DNA from: Bacteroidia bacterium
GTDB lineage: Bacteria; Bacteroidota; Bacteroidia; NS11-12g; UBA9320
Length of the DNA stretch: 64,000 nt
Reading direction: 5' to 3'
Assembly: GCA_965216465.1 (NCBI GenBank)
Contig: CBDCFW010000004.1
Coordinates: 96,001 to 160,000 of the forward strand
The number at the start of each line of letters is the position of its first letter. Position 1 is the first letter of the stretch. Shown one piece after another: positions 39,396 to 52,700 of the stretch. A model generated the notes under the pieces. It was not told the origin of the DNA and made no database searches. It was given only the letters and a program-made list of their open reading frames with translations. The translations under genes were made by a program, and so were the position numbers.

Positions 39396-42300
39396 TTGTC
39401 ATCAAAATATAACGAAAGAATAAATTTTGGGAGAATCGAAAAAGTTATCGATTATCCTGATTTCTTAGATGTACAGTTAAAGTCTTTTCAAGAATTCTTC
39501 CAATTAGATACCTCTTCAGAGGATCGTAAGTTTGAAGGTTTATTTAAGGTATTTAGTGAAAACTTCCCTATTACCGATACCCGAAACATTTTCGTATTAG
39601 AATTCTTAGACTATTTTGTTGATCCTCCTCGATACACCATCCAAGAATGTATTGAACGAGGTTTGACTTATGCTGTGCCGCTAAAAGCTAAACTTAAATT
39701 AAGCTGTAACGATATTGAGCACGAAGATTTTGAAACCGTTGTGCAGGACGTTTATTTAGGCACTCTACCTTATATGACGCCAACTGGTTCTTTCATTATA
39801 AATGGTGCAGAGCGTGTAATTGTGTCTCAATTACACAGATCGCCAGGTGTATTCTTTGGTCAAAGCTACCATACTAACGGTACTAAATTATACTCTGCGA
39901 GAATCATTCCTTTTAAAGGAAGCTGGATCGAGTTTGCTACTGACGTGAATAACGTAATGTATGCTTACATCGACCGTAAGAAAAAGTTCCCTGTTACTAC
40001 ACTGCTTAGAGCAATTGGATACGAAACAGATAAAGATATTCTTGATCTATTCGGCCTTGCTGAAGATGTTAAAGTAACTAAAACCTCGCTTAAGAAAATG
40101 CTTGGTAGAAGACTTGCTGCGAGAGTTCTTCGTTCATGGATCGAAGACTTCGTTGATGAGGATACCGGTGAGGTGGTTTCTATTGAAAGAAACGAAGTAG
40201 TTATCGAAAGGGATACTGTTCTTGAAGAAGAACACATTGAGGAAATCCTAGAAGCAGGTGTAAAAACAATCATTCTTAGCAAAGAGAATGACGATAAGAA
40301 CGACTTCCAAATCATTCTTAACACGCTTCAAAAAGATACTTCAAACTCAGGAAAGGAAGCGGTTGAACATATCTACCGTCAGTTAAGAAATACTGATCCA
40401 CCTGATGAAGAAACAGCTCGTGGTATTATTGAAAGATTATTCTTCTCTGATAAACGTTACGATTTAGGAGAAGTTGGTAGATACCGAATCAATAAAAAAC
40501 TTGAACTTGATATTGAAAATAATATCAGAGTTCTTACTAACGAAGACATCATCTCAATCATCCAATACTTGATCGAGCTTGTTAACTCAAGAACCGATGT
40601 CGACGATATTGACCACTTAAGTAACAGAAGGGTAAGAACTGTTGGAGAGCAGTTGTATAACCAGTTTGGTGTAGGTCTTGCACGTATGGCCAGAACCATT
40701 CGTGAAAGAATGAATATTCGTGATAACGAGGTATTTACACCAACTGACTTAATCAACGCAAGAACGCTTTCTTCAGTGATTAACTCGTTCTTTGGAACGA
40801 ACCAACTTTCTCAGTTTATGGACCAAACAAACCCTCTTGCAGAGGTAACGCACAAGCGTAGAATGTCTGCATTAGGACCTGGTGGTTTATCAAGAGAAAG
40901 AGCAGGGTTCGAGGTAAGGGACGTTCACTATACGCACTACGGTCGTTTGTGTACGATTGAAACTCCTGAGGGTCCAAACATTGGTCTTATTTCTTCTCTT
41001 TGTGTACACGCTAAAATCAACCACCTTGGATTTATTGAAACTCCATATAGAAAGGTTGAAAATGGTAAAGTAAAAATCAACGAAGATGTTGTTTACTTAA
41101 GTGCTGAAGAGGAAGACGAACACATTATCGCTCAAGCTAACGCTCCATTCGATAAGAAAGGTAACTTCACTAACGATTTGGTAAAAGCTCGTTTTGAAGG
41201 TGATTTCCCAATCGAACCTAAGGAGAATATTAGCTACATGGATGTTGCTCCGAACCAAATCGTTTCGATTGCGGCATCACTTATTCCTTTCTTAGAGCAC
41301 GATGATGCTAACCGTGCTTTGATGGGATCGAACATGCAGCGTCAAGCAGTTCCTATTATGAATCCTGAAGCTCCTATCGTAGGAACAGGATTAGAAGGAC
41401 AAGTTGCTAAAGATTCTAGAACTCAGTTGGTTGCTGAAGGAACGGGTAAGGTTGAATATGTTGATGCGAACGAAATTCGAATCAAATACGACCTTACTGA
41501 TGATGATATGTTGGCAAGCTTTATTGGCGACACCAAAACGTATTATCTAACGAAGTTCAGAAGAACCAACCAAAATATGACTGTAAACCTTAGACCTCTA
41601 GTGGTTAAAGGAGATAAGGTTAAAAAAGGACAGGTCTTAAGCGAAGGTTATGGTACACAAGGAGGTGAATTAGCTCTAGGTAGAAACCTTAAAGTGGCGT
41701 TCATGCCATGGCAAGGGTATAACTTTGAGGATGCGATTGTGATTTCAGAGAAAGTAGTTAAGGATGACTTCTTTACTTCTATCCATATCACTGAGCATGA
41801 TGTAGAAGTTAGAGATACCAAAAGAGGTATTGAAGAGTTAACTAACGATATTCCAAACGTAAGTGAGGAAGCAACTAAGAATCTTGACGAAAACGGATTG
41901 ATTCGTGTTGGTGCTCGTATCAAAGAAGGTGATATCTTAATCGGAAAGATTACTCCTAAAGGAGAGTCTGAGCCTTCTCCAGAAGAAAAACTATTAAGAG
42001 CAATCTTTGGTGATAAAGCTGGTGATGTTAAGGATGCTTCGTTAAAAGCAACTCCATCAAAAGAAGGAGTTGTTGTAGCTAAACAATTGTTCACTAGAAC
42101 TAAGAAAGATAGAGCGAACAAAGCTGAAGATAAAACTAAGCTTACTAAACTTGAAAACGAGCACTTGATTGAGCTTGACAAGCTTAGAGCTTTATTACTT
42201 GAGAAATTATTTAAAGTAGTTTCAGGTAAAACTTCTGCTGGTGTTTCTAATGTTTACTACGAAGAAGTAATTCCTAAAGGAACCAAGTTTACTTTAAAGA

Positions 42301-43202
42301 ACTTAGCAACTGTTGATTTCGCAACCGTTTCTTATAACAATTGGACTTCAGATGAAGAGAAGAATGCATTAATTGCACGAATCCTTTCTAACTACAAGTC
42401 TAAACTTACTGAAGTTGTTACTGCATACAAACGTGAGCAGTTTACTATAAGCGTAGGAGACGAATTGCCAACGGGTATTTTGAAACTTGCGAAAGTTTAT
42501 TTAGCTAAGAAACGTAAGCTTAAAGTTGGAGATAAAATGGCGGGTCGTCACGGTAACAAAGGTATTGTTGCTAAGATCGTTCCTGAAGAGGATATGCCAT
42601 ACCTTGAAGATGGAACTCCAGTAGATATCGTTCTTAACCCATTAGGTGTACCTTCTCGTATGAACCTTGGACAGATTTATGAAACTGTTCTTGGTTGGGC
42701 AGGTGAGAAATTGGGATTGAACTTTGGTACTCCAATCTTTGATGGAGCTACTGAAGCTGATATCGATGGTTACATTAATAAGGCTGAACTTCCAGACTTT
42801 GGATCTACCTACCTTTACAATGGTCTTACTGGTGAGAAATTCCACCAAAAAACTACTGTAGGTATCATTTACATGTTGAAACTAGGACACATGGTAGATG
42901 ATAAGATGCACTCTCGTTCAATCGGACCTTACTCATTAATTACTCAACAACCACTTGGAGGTAAAGCTCAGTTTGGTGGTCAGCGTTTTGGTGAGATGGA
43001 GGTTTGGGCTCTTGAGGCATTCGGTGCAGCAAACATTCTACGTGAAATCTTAACTGTGAAATCTGATGATATTATCGGTAGAGCTAAAACGTACGAAGCC
43101 ATCGTAAAAGGAGATAACATGGTTGAACCAGGTTTACCTGAATCATTCAACGTATTACTTCACGAATTGAGAGGTTTAGGAATAGAAATCACTTTTGATT
43201 AA
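39396..43202 (+). CDS. rpoB: RNA polymerase beta subunit
   Basis: '[17 protein letters not shown]', '[12 protein letters not shown]', '[13 protein letters not shown]'; TTG start. Confidence 0.99.
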   Translation: MSSKYNERINFGRIEKVIDYPDFLDVQLKSFQEFFQLDTSSEDRKFEGLFKVFSENFPITDTRNIFVLEFLDYFVDPPRYTIQECIERGLTYAVPLKAKLKLSCNDIEHEDFETVVQDVYLGTLPYMTPTGSFIINGAERVIVSQLHRSPGVFFGQSYHTNGTKLYSARIIPFKGSWIEFATDVNNVMYAYIDRKKKFPVTTLLRAIGYETDKDILDLFGLAEDVKVTKTSLKKMLGRRLAARVLRSWIEDFVDEDTGEVVSIERNEVVIERDTVLEEEHIEEILEAGVKTIILSKENDDKNDFQIILNTLQKDTSNSGKEAVEHIYRQLRNTDPPDEETARGIIERLFFSDKRYDLGEVGRYRINKKLELDIENNIRVLTNEDIISIIQYLIELVNSRTDVDDIDHLSNRRVRTVGEQLYNQFGVGLARMARTIRERMNIRDNEVFTPTDLINARTLSSVINSFFGTNQLSQFMDQTNPLAEVTHKRRMSALGPGGLSRERAGFEVRDVHYTHYGRLCTIETPEGPNIGLISSLCVHAKINHLGFIETPYRKVENGKVKINEDVVYLSAEEEDEHIIAQANAPFDKKGNFTNDLVKARFEGDFPIEPKENISYMDVAPNQIVSIAASLIPFLEHDDANRALMGSNMQRQAVPIMNPEAPIVGTGLEGQVAKDSRTQLVAEGTGKVEYVDANEIRIKYDLTDDDMLASFIGDTKTYYLTKFRRTNQNMTVNLRPLVVKGDKVKKGQVLSEGYGTQGGELALGRNLKVAFMPWQGYNFEDAIVISEKVVKDDFFTSIHITEHDVEVRDTKRGIEELTNDIPNVSEEATKNLDENGLIRVGARIKEGDILIGKITPKGESEPSPEEKLLRAIFGDKAGDVKDASLKATPSKEGVVVAKQLFTRTKKDRANKAEDKTKLTKLENEHLIELDKLRALLLEKLFKVVSGKTSAGVSNVYYEEVIPKGTKFTLKNLATVDFATVSYNNWTSDEEKNALIARILSNYKSKLTEVVTAYKREQFTISVGDELPTGILKLAKVYLAKKRKLKVGDKMAGRHGNKGIVAKIVPEEDMPYLEDGTPVDIVLNPLGVPSRMNLGQIYETVLGWAGEKLGLNFGTPIFDGATEADIDGYINKAELPDFGSTYLYNGLTGEKFHQKTTVGIIYMLKLGHMVDDKMHSRSIGPYSLITQQPLGGKAQFGGQRFGEMEVWALEAFGAANILREILTVKSDDIIGRAKTYEAIVKGDNMVEPGLPESFNVLLHELRGLGIEITFD

Positions 43203-43222
43203 TTAAAAATTTAAGTAGAAAA

Positions 43223-46200
43223 ATGTCAAACAAAAAAGATATAAAAATAAAATCTAATTTTAAGAGACTTAGAATTGGTTTATCATCTCCTGAAGTTGTT
43301 TTGCAACGTTCATTTGGTGAGGTTACAAAGCCAGAAACCATAAACTACAGATCTTATAAGCCAGAAATGGGTGGATTATTCTGTGAAAGAATTTTTGGAC
43401 CTGTAAAGGATTATGAGTGTCACTGTGGTAAGTACAAAAGAATTAGATATAAAGGTATTGTTTGTGACAGATGTGGTGTTGAAGTTACCGAGAAGAAAGT
43501 AAGAAGAGAGCGTATGGGGCACATTGAACTTGTTGTTCCTATTGTTCATATTTGGTACTTCAAATCACTGCCTAATAAAATTGGTTACCTTATTGGTCTT
43601 CCTTCTAAGAAACTAGAAATGATTATTTACTACGAGAGATACGTAGTAATTCAATCAGGTGTTAAAGAAGCAGACGGAGTTAACTATTTGGATTTCTTAA
43701 CGGAAGAAGAATACTTAGACATCTTAGATTCTTTACCAAAAGAAAACCAGTATTTAGACGATTCTGATCCAAATAAATTCATCGCTAAAATGGGTGGTGA
43801 AGCAATTTGGGATCTTTTAGCTCGCTTAGATCTTGATGATCTATCATTTAGCTTAAGACACCAAGCTGCAAATGAGACTTCACAACAAAGAAAGAATGAA
43901 GCCCTAAAAAGACTTAACGTTATTGAAGGTTTCAGAGCTTCTACGAAAACAGGTGAAAATAAACCTGAGTGGATGATCATGAAGATGTTACCTGTTATTC
44001 CGCCAGAATTGAGACCATTGGTTCCATTAGATGGAGGAAGATTTGCAACATCTGACTTAAATGACCTTTATAGAAGAGTTATTATCAGAAACAATCGTTT
44101 GAAACGATTAATGGAAATCAAAGCTCCAGAGGTAATTCTTAGAAATGAGAAGAGAATGCTTCAAGAAGCTGTTGATTCACTACTTGATAATACAAGAAGA
44201 GCTAATGCAGTAAAAGCAAACGGTAATAGACCGCTTAAGTCTTTAAGTGATATGCTTAAAGGTAAGCAAGGTCGTTTCCGTCAGAATCTTCTTGGTAAGA
44301 GGGTTGATTACTCTGGTCGTTCTGTTATTGTAGTAGGACCTAACTTGAAATTACACGAGTGTGGTCTTCCTAAAGGAATGGCAGCTGAGCTTTTCAAACC
44401 ATTTATTATCAGAAAACTGATTGAAAGAGGAATCGTTAAAACGGTTAAATCTGCTAAGAAAATCGTTGATAAAAAAGAACCTGTAATCTGGGAAATATTG
44501 GAGAACATCTTGAAAGGACACCCAGTTCTTTTAAACAGAGCCCCAACGCTTCACAGACTAGGTATTCAAGCTTTCCAACCTAAACTTGTTGAAGGTAAAG
44601 CAATCAGACTTCACCCACTTGTTTGTACTGGATTTAACGCGGATTTCGACGGTGACCAGATGGCTGTTCACGTTCCTTTAGGAAATGCTGCTGTTCTTGA
44701 GGCACAAATCCTAATGCTTGCTTCTCATAATATCTTGAACCCTGCAAACGGTGCTCCAATTGCGGTACCATCGCAAGACATGGTTCTTGGTCTTTACTAC
44801 ATGACCAAAGAAAGAAGATCGACCAAAACTGAGAAAGTTGTTGGTGAAGGTCTAACTTTCTATGACTTTGAAGAAGTTGAAATTGCATACAACGAAGGAA
44901 GAGCTAGCTTAAATGCATGCATTAAAGTGAAAGCTCAAGTTAAAGAAGGTGATGAGCTTGTAACTAAATTAATCGACACTACTGTTGGTAGAGTAATCTT
45001 CAACCTAAATGTACCAGAAGAAATTGGTTTCATTAACACACTTCTTACTAAGAAATCGTTGAGAGACATTATCGGAAATATGATCAAAGAAGCAGGTGTT
45101 GCTAAAACAGCGAAGTTCTTAGATCAAATTAAAGATCTTGGTTTCTACTACGCATTTAGAGGAGGTCTTTCATTTAACATTTCTGATGTACTTGTTCCAA
45201 GTAAGAAAGACGAGTTAATTGAGAAAGCACGTGAAGAAGTTGCTGAGATTACCTTTAACTACGAAAACGGTTTCATTACGAATAATGAGAGATACAATCA
45301 GGTGATTGATATCTGGACTAGAATTAACTCGAGAGTAGCAGATGCGTTGCTTAAAGAGATTTCTAGTGATAACCAAGGATTTAACCCGATCTATATGATG
45401 CTTGACTCTGGAGCGAGGGGATCTAAAGAGCAGATTCGTCAGCTTGGAGGAATGAGGGGTCTGATGGCAAAACCACAAAAGAAAATCGGAGCCGGAGGTA
45501 CAGGTGAGATTATTGAGAATCCAATTCTTTCTAACTTTAGAGAAGGTCTATCGATTCTTGAGTACTTTATCTCTACTCACGGTGCTCGTAAAGGTCTTGC
45601 GGATACGGCACTTAAAACGGCCGATGCGGGTTACTTAACAAGAAGACTTCACGATGTAGCACAAGATGTGGTTGTAACCATGGAAGATTGTGATACGTTA
45701 AGAGGATTTGAAGTTAGAACCTTGAAAGAAGGTGATGAGATTATTGACAGCTTGTTTGATAGAATTGTTGGTAGATCTTCATTACTTGACATTCACCACC
45801 CAAAATCTGAAGAGCTAATTGTTGCTGCTGGTGACGAAATTACTGAAGACCTTGCTAAGGTTATTGAAGATGCAGGCATTGAGTCTGTTGAAATCAGATC
45901 AGTAATGACTTGTGAGTCTAAACGAGGTGTTTGTGCTAAGTGTTACGGACGTAACCTTGCAACTGGTAGACCTGTTCAAACAGGTGAGGCTGTTGGTGTA
46001 ATTGCAGCACAGTCAATCGGTGAGCCGGGTACACAGCTTACACTTAGAACATTCCACGTTGGGGGTACGGCTTCTAACATCGCTCAAGAATCTCAGTTAC
46101 TAGCGAAGTATGATAGCGTTATCGAATTTGATGAGGTTAAAACAGTTGCTGGTAAAGATTCTAACGGTGAAGATGTTCAAATCGTTGTTGGACGTTCTGG

Positions 46201-47542
46201 TGAGGTTAAACTTCTTGATCCAAAATCAAAAGAGGTTCAGGTTGTAAATAACATTCCTTACGGTTCGTACTTATACGTTAAAGAAAAAGCAAAAATCAAG
46301 AAAGACGATCTAATCTGTTCTTGGGATCCATATAACGCAGTTATCCTTTCTGACCTTGATGGTAAGGTTGAGTTTGTAGACCTTATTGAAGGTGTATCTT
46401 ACTCTGTTGAGATGGATGAGGCTACAGGATACAAAGAGAAGGTTGTTACAGATAGTCGTGATAAGAAAATCAACCCTGCAATTCACATTATCGGTAAGAA
46501 AGGTGAAATTCTAAAAGAATTGAACGTACCGGTAGGAGCTCACCTTGCTGTTGAAGCAGGTAAGAAGGTTGTTGCAGGAACGATTATCGCTAAAATTCCA
46601 AGAGTTGTTGGTAAAACAAGCGATATTACAGGGGGTCTTCCAAGGGTAACTGAGCTTTTTGAAGCACGTAACCCATCTAACCCTGCTGTAGTTTCTGAAA
46701 TCGATGGTGTTGTAACTTATGGAGGTATTAAGAGAGGTAATAGAGAGGTTACTATCGAATCAAAAGAAGGAATCTCTAAGAAGTATCTAATTTCTCTTTC
46801 TAAGCACATCCTTGTTCAGGATGGTGACTTTGTTAGAGCAGGTACTCCTCTATCTGATGGAGCGATTACACCGCAAGATATTTTAGCTATTGAAGGTATC
46901 AGTGCAGTTCAAAACTACATCGTGAATGGTATTCAAGAGGTTTACCGTTTACAAGGTGTAAAGATTAATGATAAGCACATCGAGGTTATTATTAAGCAAA
47001 TGATGCAGAAAGTAACTGTAATAGAACCAGGAGATACTAAATTCTTAGAAGGTGCTTCTGTAAACAAAATCGACTTTAAAGAAGAGAACGATAACCTTTA
47101 CGACAAACGAGTAGTTACCGATGCGGGTGATTCAAATGACGTAAAAGCTGGTCAAATTTTAAGTCTTAGAAAACTAAGAGATCTTAACTCATCTCTTAAA
47201 CGAAAAGACATGAAACCAATCGAAGTTAGAGAAGCACTTAGTGCAACTTCTGGTCCATTGTTAATGGGTATTACCAAAGCTTCGTTAGGTACATACAGCT
47301 TTATGTCTGCTGCTTCATTCCAGGAGACTACTAAAGTGTTAAACGAAGCTGCAATTGCAGGTAAGGTTGACGAAATGCTTGGTCTTAAGGAAAACGTTAT
47401 CGTTGGACACTTAATTCCTGCAGGTACAGGTCACAGAGCCTACGAAAACTTGGTAGTTGGATCACAAGAAGAGTTCGATCTACTTCAAGCTGCTAAGGAA
47501 GAACAAGTAGAAGCGGACAACGAAGTTGAAGCTTCAAACTAA
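43223..47542 (+). CDS. rpoC: RNA polymerase beta' subunit
   Basis: Zn finger, catalytic '[12 protein letters not shown]', 'SAASFQET'. Confidence 0.99.
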   Translation: MSNKKDIKIKSNFKRLRIGLSSPEVVLQRSFGEVTKPETINYRSYKPEMGGLFCERIFGPVKDYECHCGKYKRIRYKGIVCDRCGVEVTEKKVRRERMGHIELVVPIVHIWYFKSLPNKIGYLIGLPSKKLEMIIYYERYVVIQSGVKEADGVNYLDFLTEEEYLDILDSLPKENQYLDDSDPNKFIAKMGGEAIWDLLARLDLDDLSFSLRHQAANETSQQRKNEALKRLNVIEGFRASTKTGENKPEWMIMKMLPVIPPELRPLVPLDGGRFATSDLNDLYRRVIIRNNRLKRLMEIKAPEVILRNEKRMLQEAVDSLLDNTRRANAVKANGNRPLKSLSDMLKGKQGRFRQNLLGKRVDYSGRSVIVVGPNLKLHECGLPKGMAAELFKPFIIRKLIERGIVKTVKSAKKIVDKKEPVIWEILENILKGHPVLLNRAPTLHRLGIQAFQPKLVEGKAIRLHPLVCTGFNADFDGDQMAVHVPLGNAAVLEAQILMLASHNILNPANGAPIAVPSQDMVLGLYYMTKERRSTKTEKVVGEGLTFYDFEEVEIAYNEGRASLNACIKVKAQVKEGDELVTKLIDTTVGRVIFNLNVPEEIGFINTLLTKKSLRDIIGNMIKEAGVAKTAKFLDQIKDLGFYYAFRGGLSFNISDVLVPSKKDELIEKAREEVAEITFNYENGFITNNERYNQVIDIWTRINSRVADALLKEISSDNQGFNPIYMMLDSGARGSKEQIRQLGGMRGLMAKPQKKIGAGGTGEIIENPILSNFREGLSILEYFISTHGARKGLADTALKTADAGYLTRRLHDVAQDVVVTMEDCDTLRGFEVRTLKEGDEIIDSLFDRIVGRSSLLDIHHPKSEELIVAAGDEITEDLAKVIEDAGIESVEIRSVMTCESKRGVCAKCYGRNLATGRPVQTGEAVGVIAAQSIGEPGTQLTLRTFHVGGTASNIAQESQLLAKYDSVIEFDEVKTVAGKDSNGEDVQIVVGRSGEVKLLDPKSKEVQVVNNIPYGSYLYVKEKAKIKKDDLICSWDPYNAVILSDLDGKVEFVDLIEGVSYSVEMDEATGYKEKVVTDSRDKKINPAIHIIGKKGEILKELNVPVGAHLAVEAGKKVVAGTIIAKIPRVVGKTSDITGGLPRVTELFEARNPSNPAVVSEIDGVVTYGGIKRGNREVTIESKEGISKKYLISLSKHILVQDGDFVRAGTPLSDGAITPQDILAIEGISAVQNYIVNGIQEVYRLQGVKINDKHIEVIIKQMMQKVTVIEPGDTKFLEGASVNKIDFKEENDNLYDKRVVTDAGDSNDVKAGQILSLRKLRDLNSSLKRKDMKPIEVREALSATSGPLLMGITKASLGTYSFMSAASFQETTKVLNEAAIAGKVDEMLGLKENVIVGHLIPAGTGHRAYENLVVGSQEEFDLLQAAKEEQVEADNEVEASN

Positions 47543-47565
47543 GCAGATTATAATTTGTTAAATAT

Positions 47566-47599
47566 AAAGAGCGGCTAATTTGTTAGCCGCTCTTTTTTT
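47566..47599 (+). terminator. Intrinsic terminator after rpoC
   Basis: AAAGAGCGGCTAA-TTTG-TTAGCCGCTCTTT perfect stem followed by Ts. Confidence 0.9.
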
Positions 47600-47612
47600 A
47601 TACATTTGAATT

Positions 47613-47930
47613 ATGGCAGAACAACCTAAACAAGAAAACCAAATTGACATTGAATTGGCTGAAGATGTGGCCGATGGTATTTATAGTAACCTAGCAATTA
47701 TCTCACATTCTAACTCTGAGTTTGTAATAGACTTTATTCGCATGCTACCAGGCATTCCTAAGGCCAAGGTAAAGAGCAGAATAATTTTAAGCCCACAACA
47801 CGCTAAGCGTTTGCAAATGGCTCTTACCGATAACATCAATAAGTTCGAGAGTATGTTTGGCGAAATTGAAATGCAGGAGAGTGCTCCTCAGTTTCCGCCT
47901 ATGAATTTTGGGCCTACTGGGGAAGCTTAA
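47613..47930 (+). CDS. DUF3467 domain protein
   Basis: 'GIYSNLAIISHSNSEFVIDF', 'SRIILSPQHAKRL'; usual neighbour of rpoC in Bacteroidota. Confidence 0.88.
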   Translation: MAEQPKQENQIDIELAEDVADGIYSNLAIISHSNSEFVIDFIRMLPGIPKAKVKSRIILSPQHAKRLQMALTDNINKFESMFGEIEMQESAPQFPPMNFGPTGEA

Positions 47931-48450
47931 TTCCGTCTAAAACTTCTGTAACCAATTTGGTTAACCTAATAAATTCAGGTTCAACCTCATATAGTCGTTT
48001 TTTAACGTCTTTGCTTTTGTCGATTAACGCAAGAACGTCTTCTTTCTCTTTAGAAAAATGTGTCTTGAATTCTTGCTTGCCAATTGCACCATTCACAAAA
48101 TCTTCTTTTAAATTGCTTAGTTGAGTTTCGAGTTCTAATTGCTCTTTTACACAAAACTTATAGCTTTTCATTTGCCCTTCGTAAATCTTTCGCAATGCTT
48201 TGTATTTGTCGATCTGCATACCTAACTCTAATGTTAATGTATCGGTGTAGTTTTTCCTGAAAAAAGTGAGATCTTGGTTGATGGCATTCACTCGATCTTC
48301 AAATATGCTGATGTCTATTTGCAACGTTGTTGCGTTCGCTCCGAGAGCCGTTTGTAGTTTCTCAATCTCAACTACTTCAACAGAATTTTGCCTTCCACAT
48401 GAGTGAAATAGTGTCGCTGCAAGTGCTATTACAAATAAATAGGGTTTCAT
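47914..48450 (-). CDS. Hypothetical helical/coiled-coil lipoprotein
   Basis: Lipobox 'FHSC' and a heptad-rich body. Confidence 0.7.
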   Translation of the reverse strand: MKPYLFVIALAATLFHSCGRQNSVEVVEIEKLQTALGANATTLQIDISIFEDRVNAINQDLTFFRKNYTDTLTLELGMQIDKYKALRKIYEGQMKSYKFCVKEQLELETQLSNLKEDFVNGAIGKQEFKTHFSKEKEDVLALIDKSKDVKKRLYEVEPEFIRLTKLVTEVLDGIKLPQ

Positions 48451-48476
48451 TAATTTCTAATTAAATTTGTGTCTTA

Positions 48477-49739
48477 GTGGCAAATAAAACCAAAAATATA
48501 AAGCGCTATATTTTTTTAAAAGATGTTTTTGTAATTGCCTTAAGTGCATATGGCGGTCCCAACATGCATATGGCTCTCTATCAGAAACGTTTGGTTGAGG
48601 ATAAGCAATATCTCACCAACGATGAGTTAATGGAACTTTATTCGTTGTGTCAAATGCTACCTGGTCCATCCTCCACCCAAACATTAACCAGTATAGGATA
48701 CAAGTTTGGAGGCCCTTTTCTTGCATTTTTAACACTTCTTGTTTGGATATTGCCTGCATTTATTTTGTTAACGCTAACAGCAATATTTATTGGTAACTTT
48801 AGCGAAAAGATGCTGGAGTACTTGCGATTTGTTCAGCCTGTAGCTGTTGCTTTCATAATGGTTGCCGGAGTAAAGATGCTGCAGAAATCAGTTAAGAATA
48901 GACAAGGATATTTATTGGCTGCTATGGCCTTTATTTTTGCCGCATTATTGCGTCATCCTCTAGAAGAATATGTTCGGACTCCTTGGATATTTCCAGCTGT
49001 ACTTTTAGCTGGTGGTCTTTTCTCGTACTTTGACTTCAAAGGGAAGACAGAACCTTATGAACCTATCAAACTTAAGATTCCTTGGAAATACCTAATAGCC
49101 TTTGGTGTAATCTTTTTAACTGCCGGAATTTTAGGTGCATACTATGACAATCGTATAGTGTTATTGTTTGAGAACTGTTACCGTTTCGGTAGCTTGGTTT
49201 TTGGCGGAGGTAATGTGCTTATACCCATGATGCTTGAGCAGTTTGTAAATCACAATGCATATATGAGCTCTCAAGAGTTTATCAATGGGGTAGGGCTAGT
49301 TCAAGCAATTCCAGGACCGATATTCACCATTGCAAGCTATACGGGTGCTACATCGATGCAAGAATTCGGTGTTTTAGGTCAGATTTTTGGAAGCTTTAGC
49401 AGCACCGTCGGAATTTTCTTGCCGGGATCTCTCCTCATCTTTTTTGTGTACCCGATTTGGAAGCAGATTAAGAGCCATCCTCTAGTCGTTAAAGCACTAC
49501 CTGGAGTTATTGCAGCTTCTTGTGGACTGGTAATCGCCGCAGGATATTTGATGTTTCTTCCTGTTGGATTAAACTGGATAGAAGAAGGAAATTTCTACTA
49601 CACCAACTTGAACAGTTTAGACGCCATTAACTATTTGGAAATCATCATTATCATGAACGTAAGCTTCTTGTTGTTTAAAACAAAGATTAAATCGCCTTGG
49701 TATATTATCGTTGCGATTCTTTGTGGTGTAATATTCTAA
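48477..49739 (+). CDS. chrA: Chromate ion transporter (CHR family)
   Basis: Two repeats: 'YGGP...CQMLPGPSST' and 'FGGGNV...QAIPGPIF'. Confidence 0.9.
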   Translation: MANKTKNIKRYIFLKDVFVIALSAYGGPNMHMALYQKRLVEDKQYLTNDELMELYSLCQMLPGPSSTQTLTSIGYKFGGPFLAFLTLLVWILPAFILLTLTAIFIGNFSEKMLEYLRFVQPVAVAFIMVAGVKMLQKSVKNRQGYLLAAMAFIFAALLRHPLEEYVRTPWIFPAVLLAGGLFSYFDFKGKTEPYEPIKLKIPWKYLIAFGVIFLTAGILGAYYDNRIVLLFENCYRFGSLVFGGGNVLIPMMLEQFVNHNAYMSSQEFINGVGLVQAIPGPIFTIASYTGATSMQEFGVLGQIFGSFSSTVGIFLPGSLLIFFVYPIWKQIKSHPLVVKALPGVIAASCGLVIAAGYLMFLPVGLNWIEEGNFYYTNLNSLDAINYLEIIIIMNVSFLLFKTKIKSPWYIIVAILCGVIF

Positions 49740-49797
49740 CGATTTTATGCTTTAAATTGCTAATTTAGTAGTTCAAAACTCCTGAATTATTTTTAGC

Positions 49798-52700
49798 ATG
49801 AACAAACTCCTTACACAACTATTTTCAATAGCTCTTATTACAATGCTTAGTGCTCTTTCAGTAAAAGCATTTGGTCAAAGTCCATTGTCTGGAACTTATA
49901 CTGTAGGAAGTGATTTAAGCGACAATTTTAGTACAATTACCGACGCAGTTGATTCACTTGAGTCAGATGGGGTTAATGGAGCCGTTGTCATACAAATTGA
50001 TTCAGGTCTTTTTGTTGAGCAGATTGAAATCGGAGCAATACCAGGAGCCAGTAGTTCAAATACAATCACATTTAAAGGAGCTGGTGTTACAAAAACGACT
50101 GTGAGATATTCGCCCACAACATCCAATAGAACAATTTTTAGTTTGAGTAATGCAAGCCATCTAATATTTGATAGCCTAAAAGTACAGGCAGTGGGCACCT
50201 ATGGAATTTGTTTCAACCTAAGAAATAATACCGACACGATAACAATTAAGAATTGCCTAATGGTGTTGTCAAACTCGGGATCTACAGCTAAAGGTCATGG
50301 TGTAGCCAATTATGCTGCAAATGATGGAACAGGCTCATCTACAGTAGATAATATAACCATTCAAGATAATGAAATAATTAGAGGATATGAGAGTGTTAGA
50401 ATTATCGGAAATTCTTCAGCCTCAAATACCTTGCTCATCACACGAAATAGATTTACATCATTTGGGTATGCTGGTGTTAATGCCTCGGGTACAGTTGATG
50501 CAGAGATAAGTTACAACTATGCACAAACCGCGGTAAGCTCGGCTCGTTTTGCAATTAACATGTGGCCTACAGGACATTCAATTTCAATCATAGGAAATAA
50601 TGTTCATGTTTCAAGCAATGTAAATCACACCAGAGTTATTCAAGTAGCCAGTGCTCCTGGGGCAGGTGGGTCTTCATGGTCACAAGAAATTTTGGTGGCG
50701 AACAACATGGTTATCTATGATGGAAGTTATGCAAATAACATGACAGGTATTTACACAAAACATGTAAACTACATCAAGTTTTATAACAATACAGTGCATA
50801 TGGAGAAAGGCAGCGGAGCGAAGTGTTTATGGTTAGATGCATTGAGTAATACAGGTGCCATTGACGTCAAAAACAACAACCTAAGCAGCGTTACCAACGG
50901 CCAGGTTTTTAGAGTTCACAATTTGGTATCTACAACAACCAATTACAATAATTTTTACAATACCTCTGGCTTAGTAATAAATTGGAAAGGAACCAATTAT
51001 TCAACGCTTTCTTCATATAACAATGCTACCTCTCAAGGAGCAAACTCAGTGAGCATAGATCCTAAGTTCTTAGGGCCAACTGATTTGCACATAGACACGA
51101 CCAATGTAACATTTAATGGTAGAGGCACTCCAGTGTCTGCTGTTACTGTTGATATTGATGGAGATACCCGAAATGCTACAAATCCTGATATTGGAGCTGA
51201 TGAGTTTACCACAGGTGCTGATATCGAATTGTTGTCAATTGAATCTCCATACGATTGTCATAGAGCGAACATTAGTGTCTTTCTAAGGGTGTGGATTAAG
51301 AATGTTGGAACAAGCCCAATATCCAATATTCCATTAACATTTAAAATTGGTGGAGGAGCAACGGTCACAAGCAACTACCTTGGAACAATTGCACCAGGTG
51401 ATTCAGCTTTACACGGCTTTAGTCAAACAGCAAACATGTCTACCCCAGGAACATATCAACTAACGGCTTATCACACCTTTGCAGGTGATGAAGACAAGTC
51501 AAATGACACTGTTTCAATGAGCGTATCGCTCACGGCATTGTGGGCTAATAAAATTGACTCTGTAGGAGGTTGTTCAGGAGATAATATAATTGTTGACCCA
51601 GAAGCACCAACAGCAACTTCGTATTTGTGGTCGGATAATTCTACTGGATCAACGAATAGCTTTAATGTTACAAATGCCGGAATGGGCAGGTCTGTTCATT
51701 GGGTTGAGATGGAAGATGCATTTGGATGTAAAGTAAGAGATTCATTTACTGTTGTAATATCGGTTCCTCCTGCGTTCAATTTAGGAAATGACACATCACT
51801 TTGTGAAGGAGATACAATGCTCTTGGATGTGTCTGGTTCAGGCACTAATTATACATGGCAAAATGGAAGCTCCGCTGATACATTTAAGGTAAACGCAGGC
51901 GGTCAATATAGAGTGGAAGTGACAGGAGGATATCAGTGCTCTGTTGCCGATTCAATTATGGTAGTGTACAACAACAATCCAATAGTTAACCTTGGAGATT
52001 CAATTACCATCTGTGATGGAGACGAATATAAATTTAGCCCGGGGGTGGAATTTGCAACATACTTGTGGCAAGATCAGTCGGTTGATTCTGTTTTTATCGC
52101 TTCTGTACAAGGAACCTATAGTGTTTCAGTCGTAGATATCAATGGATGTTCTGCTGGAGATTCTGCACTTTTAATTGTTAATGCATCGCCTTTTGTTGAC
52201 CTAGGACCGGATACTGTTCGATGCGGTGAAACAATCTTAAGAATTGATGCTACCACAGCAGGATCCACTTATAAATGGCAAAATGGTTATACCGGAAATT
52301 CATATCCTGTGTCATCAGAAGGAACTTACTGGGTTACAGTAACAAATGGATTAAATTGTTCTTACACAGACACCATAGTGGTTACAGATCATGACATACC
52401 CGTTGTTAATTTGGGAGCAGATACCACACTGTGTGAAGGCGATCAAATGTTACTAGATGCTACCATCGATGGAGCAAGTTACCTTTGGCAAGATCACAGC
52501 ACAGAATCAACCTTTAACGTATCAGCGGCTGGAGAGTATAAGGTGGAAGTAAAGAGTCAAGACGGTTGTACAAACAGCGACACCATTGAAATAATGATGA
52601 ACCCTACGCCTCAATTTGATTTAGGTAGGGATACGATAATTGGATTTAAGAAGATTCAAGAAACACCACTAACATTAGAAGTTCCTGCAGGGTACGATGC

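Noticed and set aside
35619-45478. Many antisense ORFs (up to 177 aa) over tuf, rpl and rpoBC; similar ones over nqr
   Set aside because: These are shadow ORFs expected from the codon bias of highly expressed genes, with no protein-like motifs.
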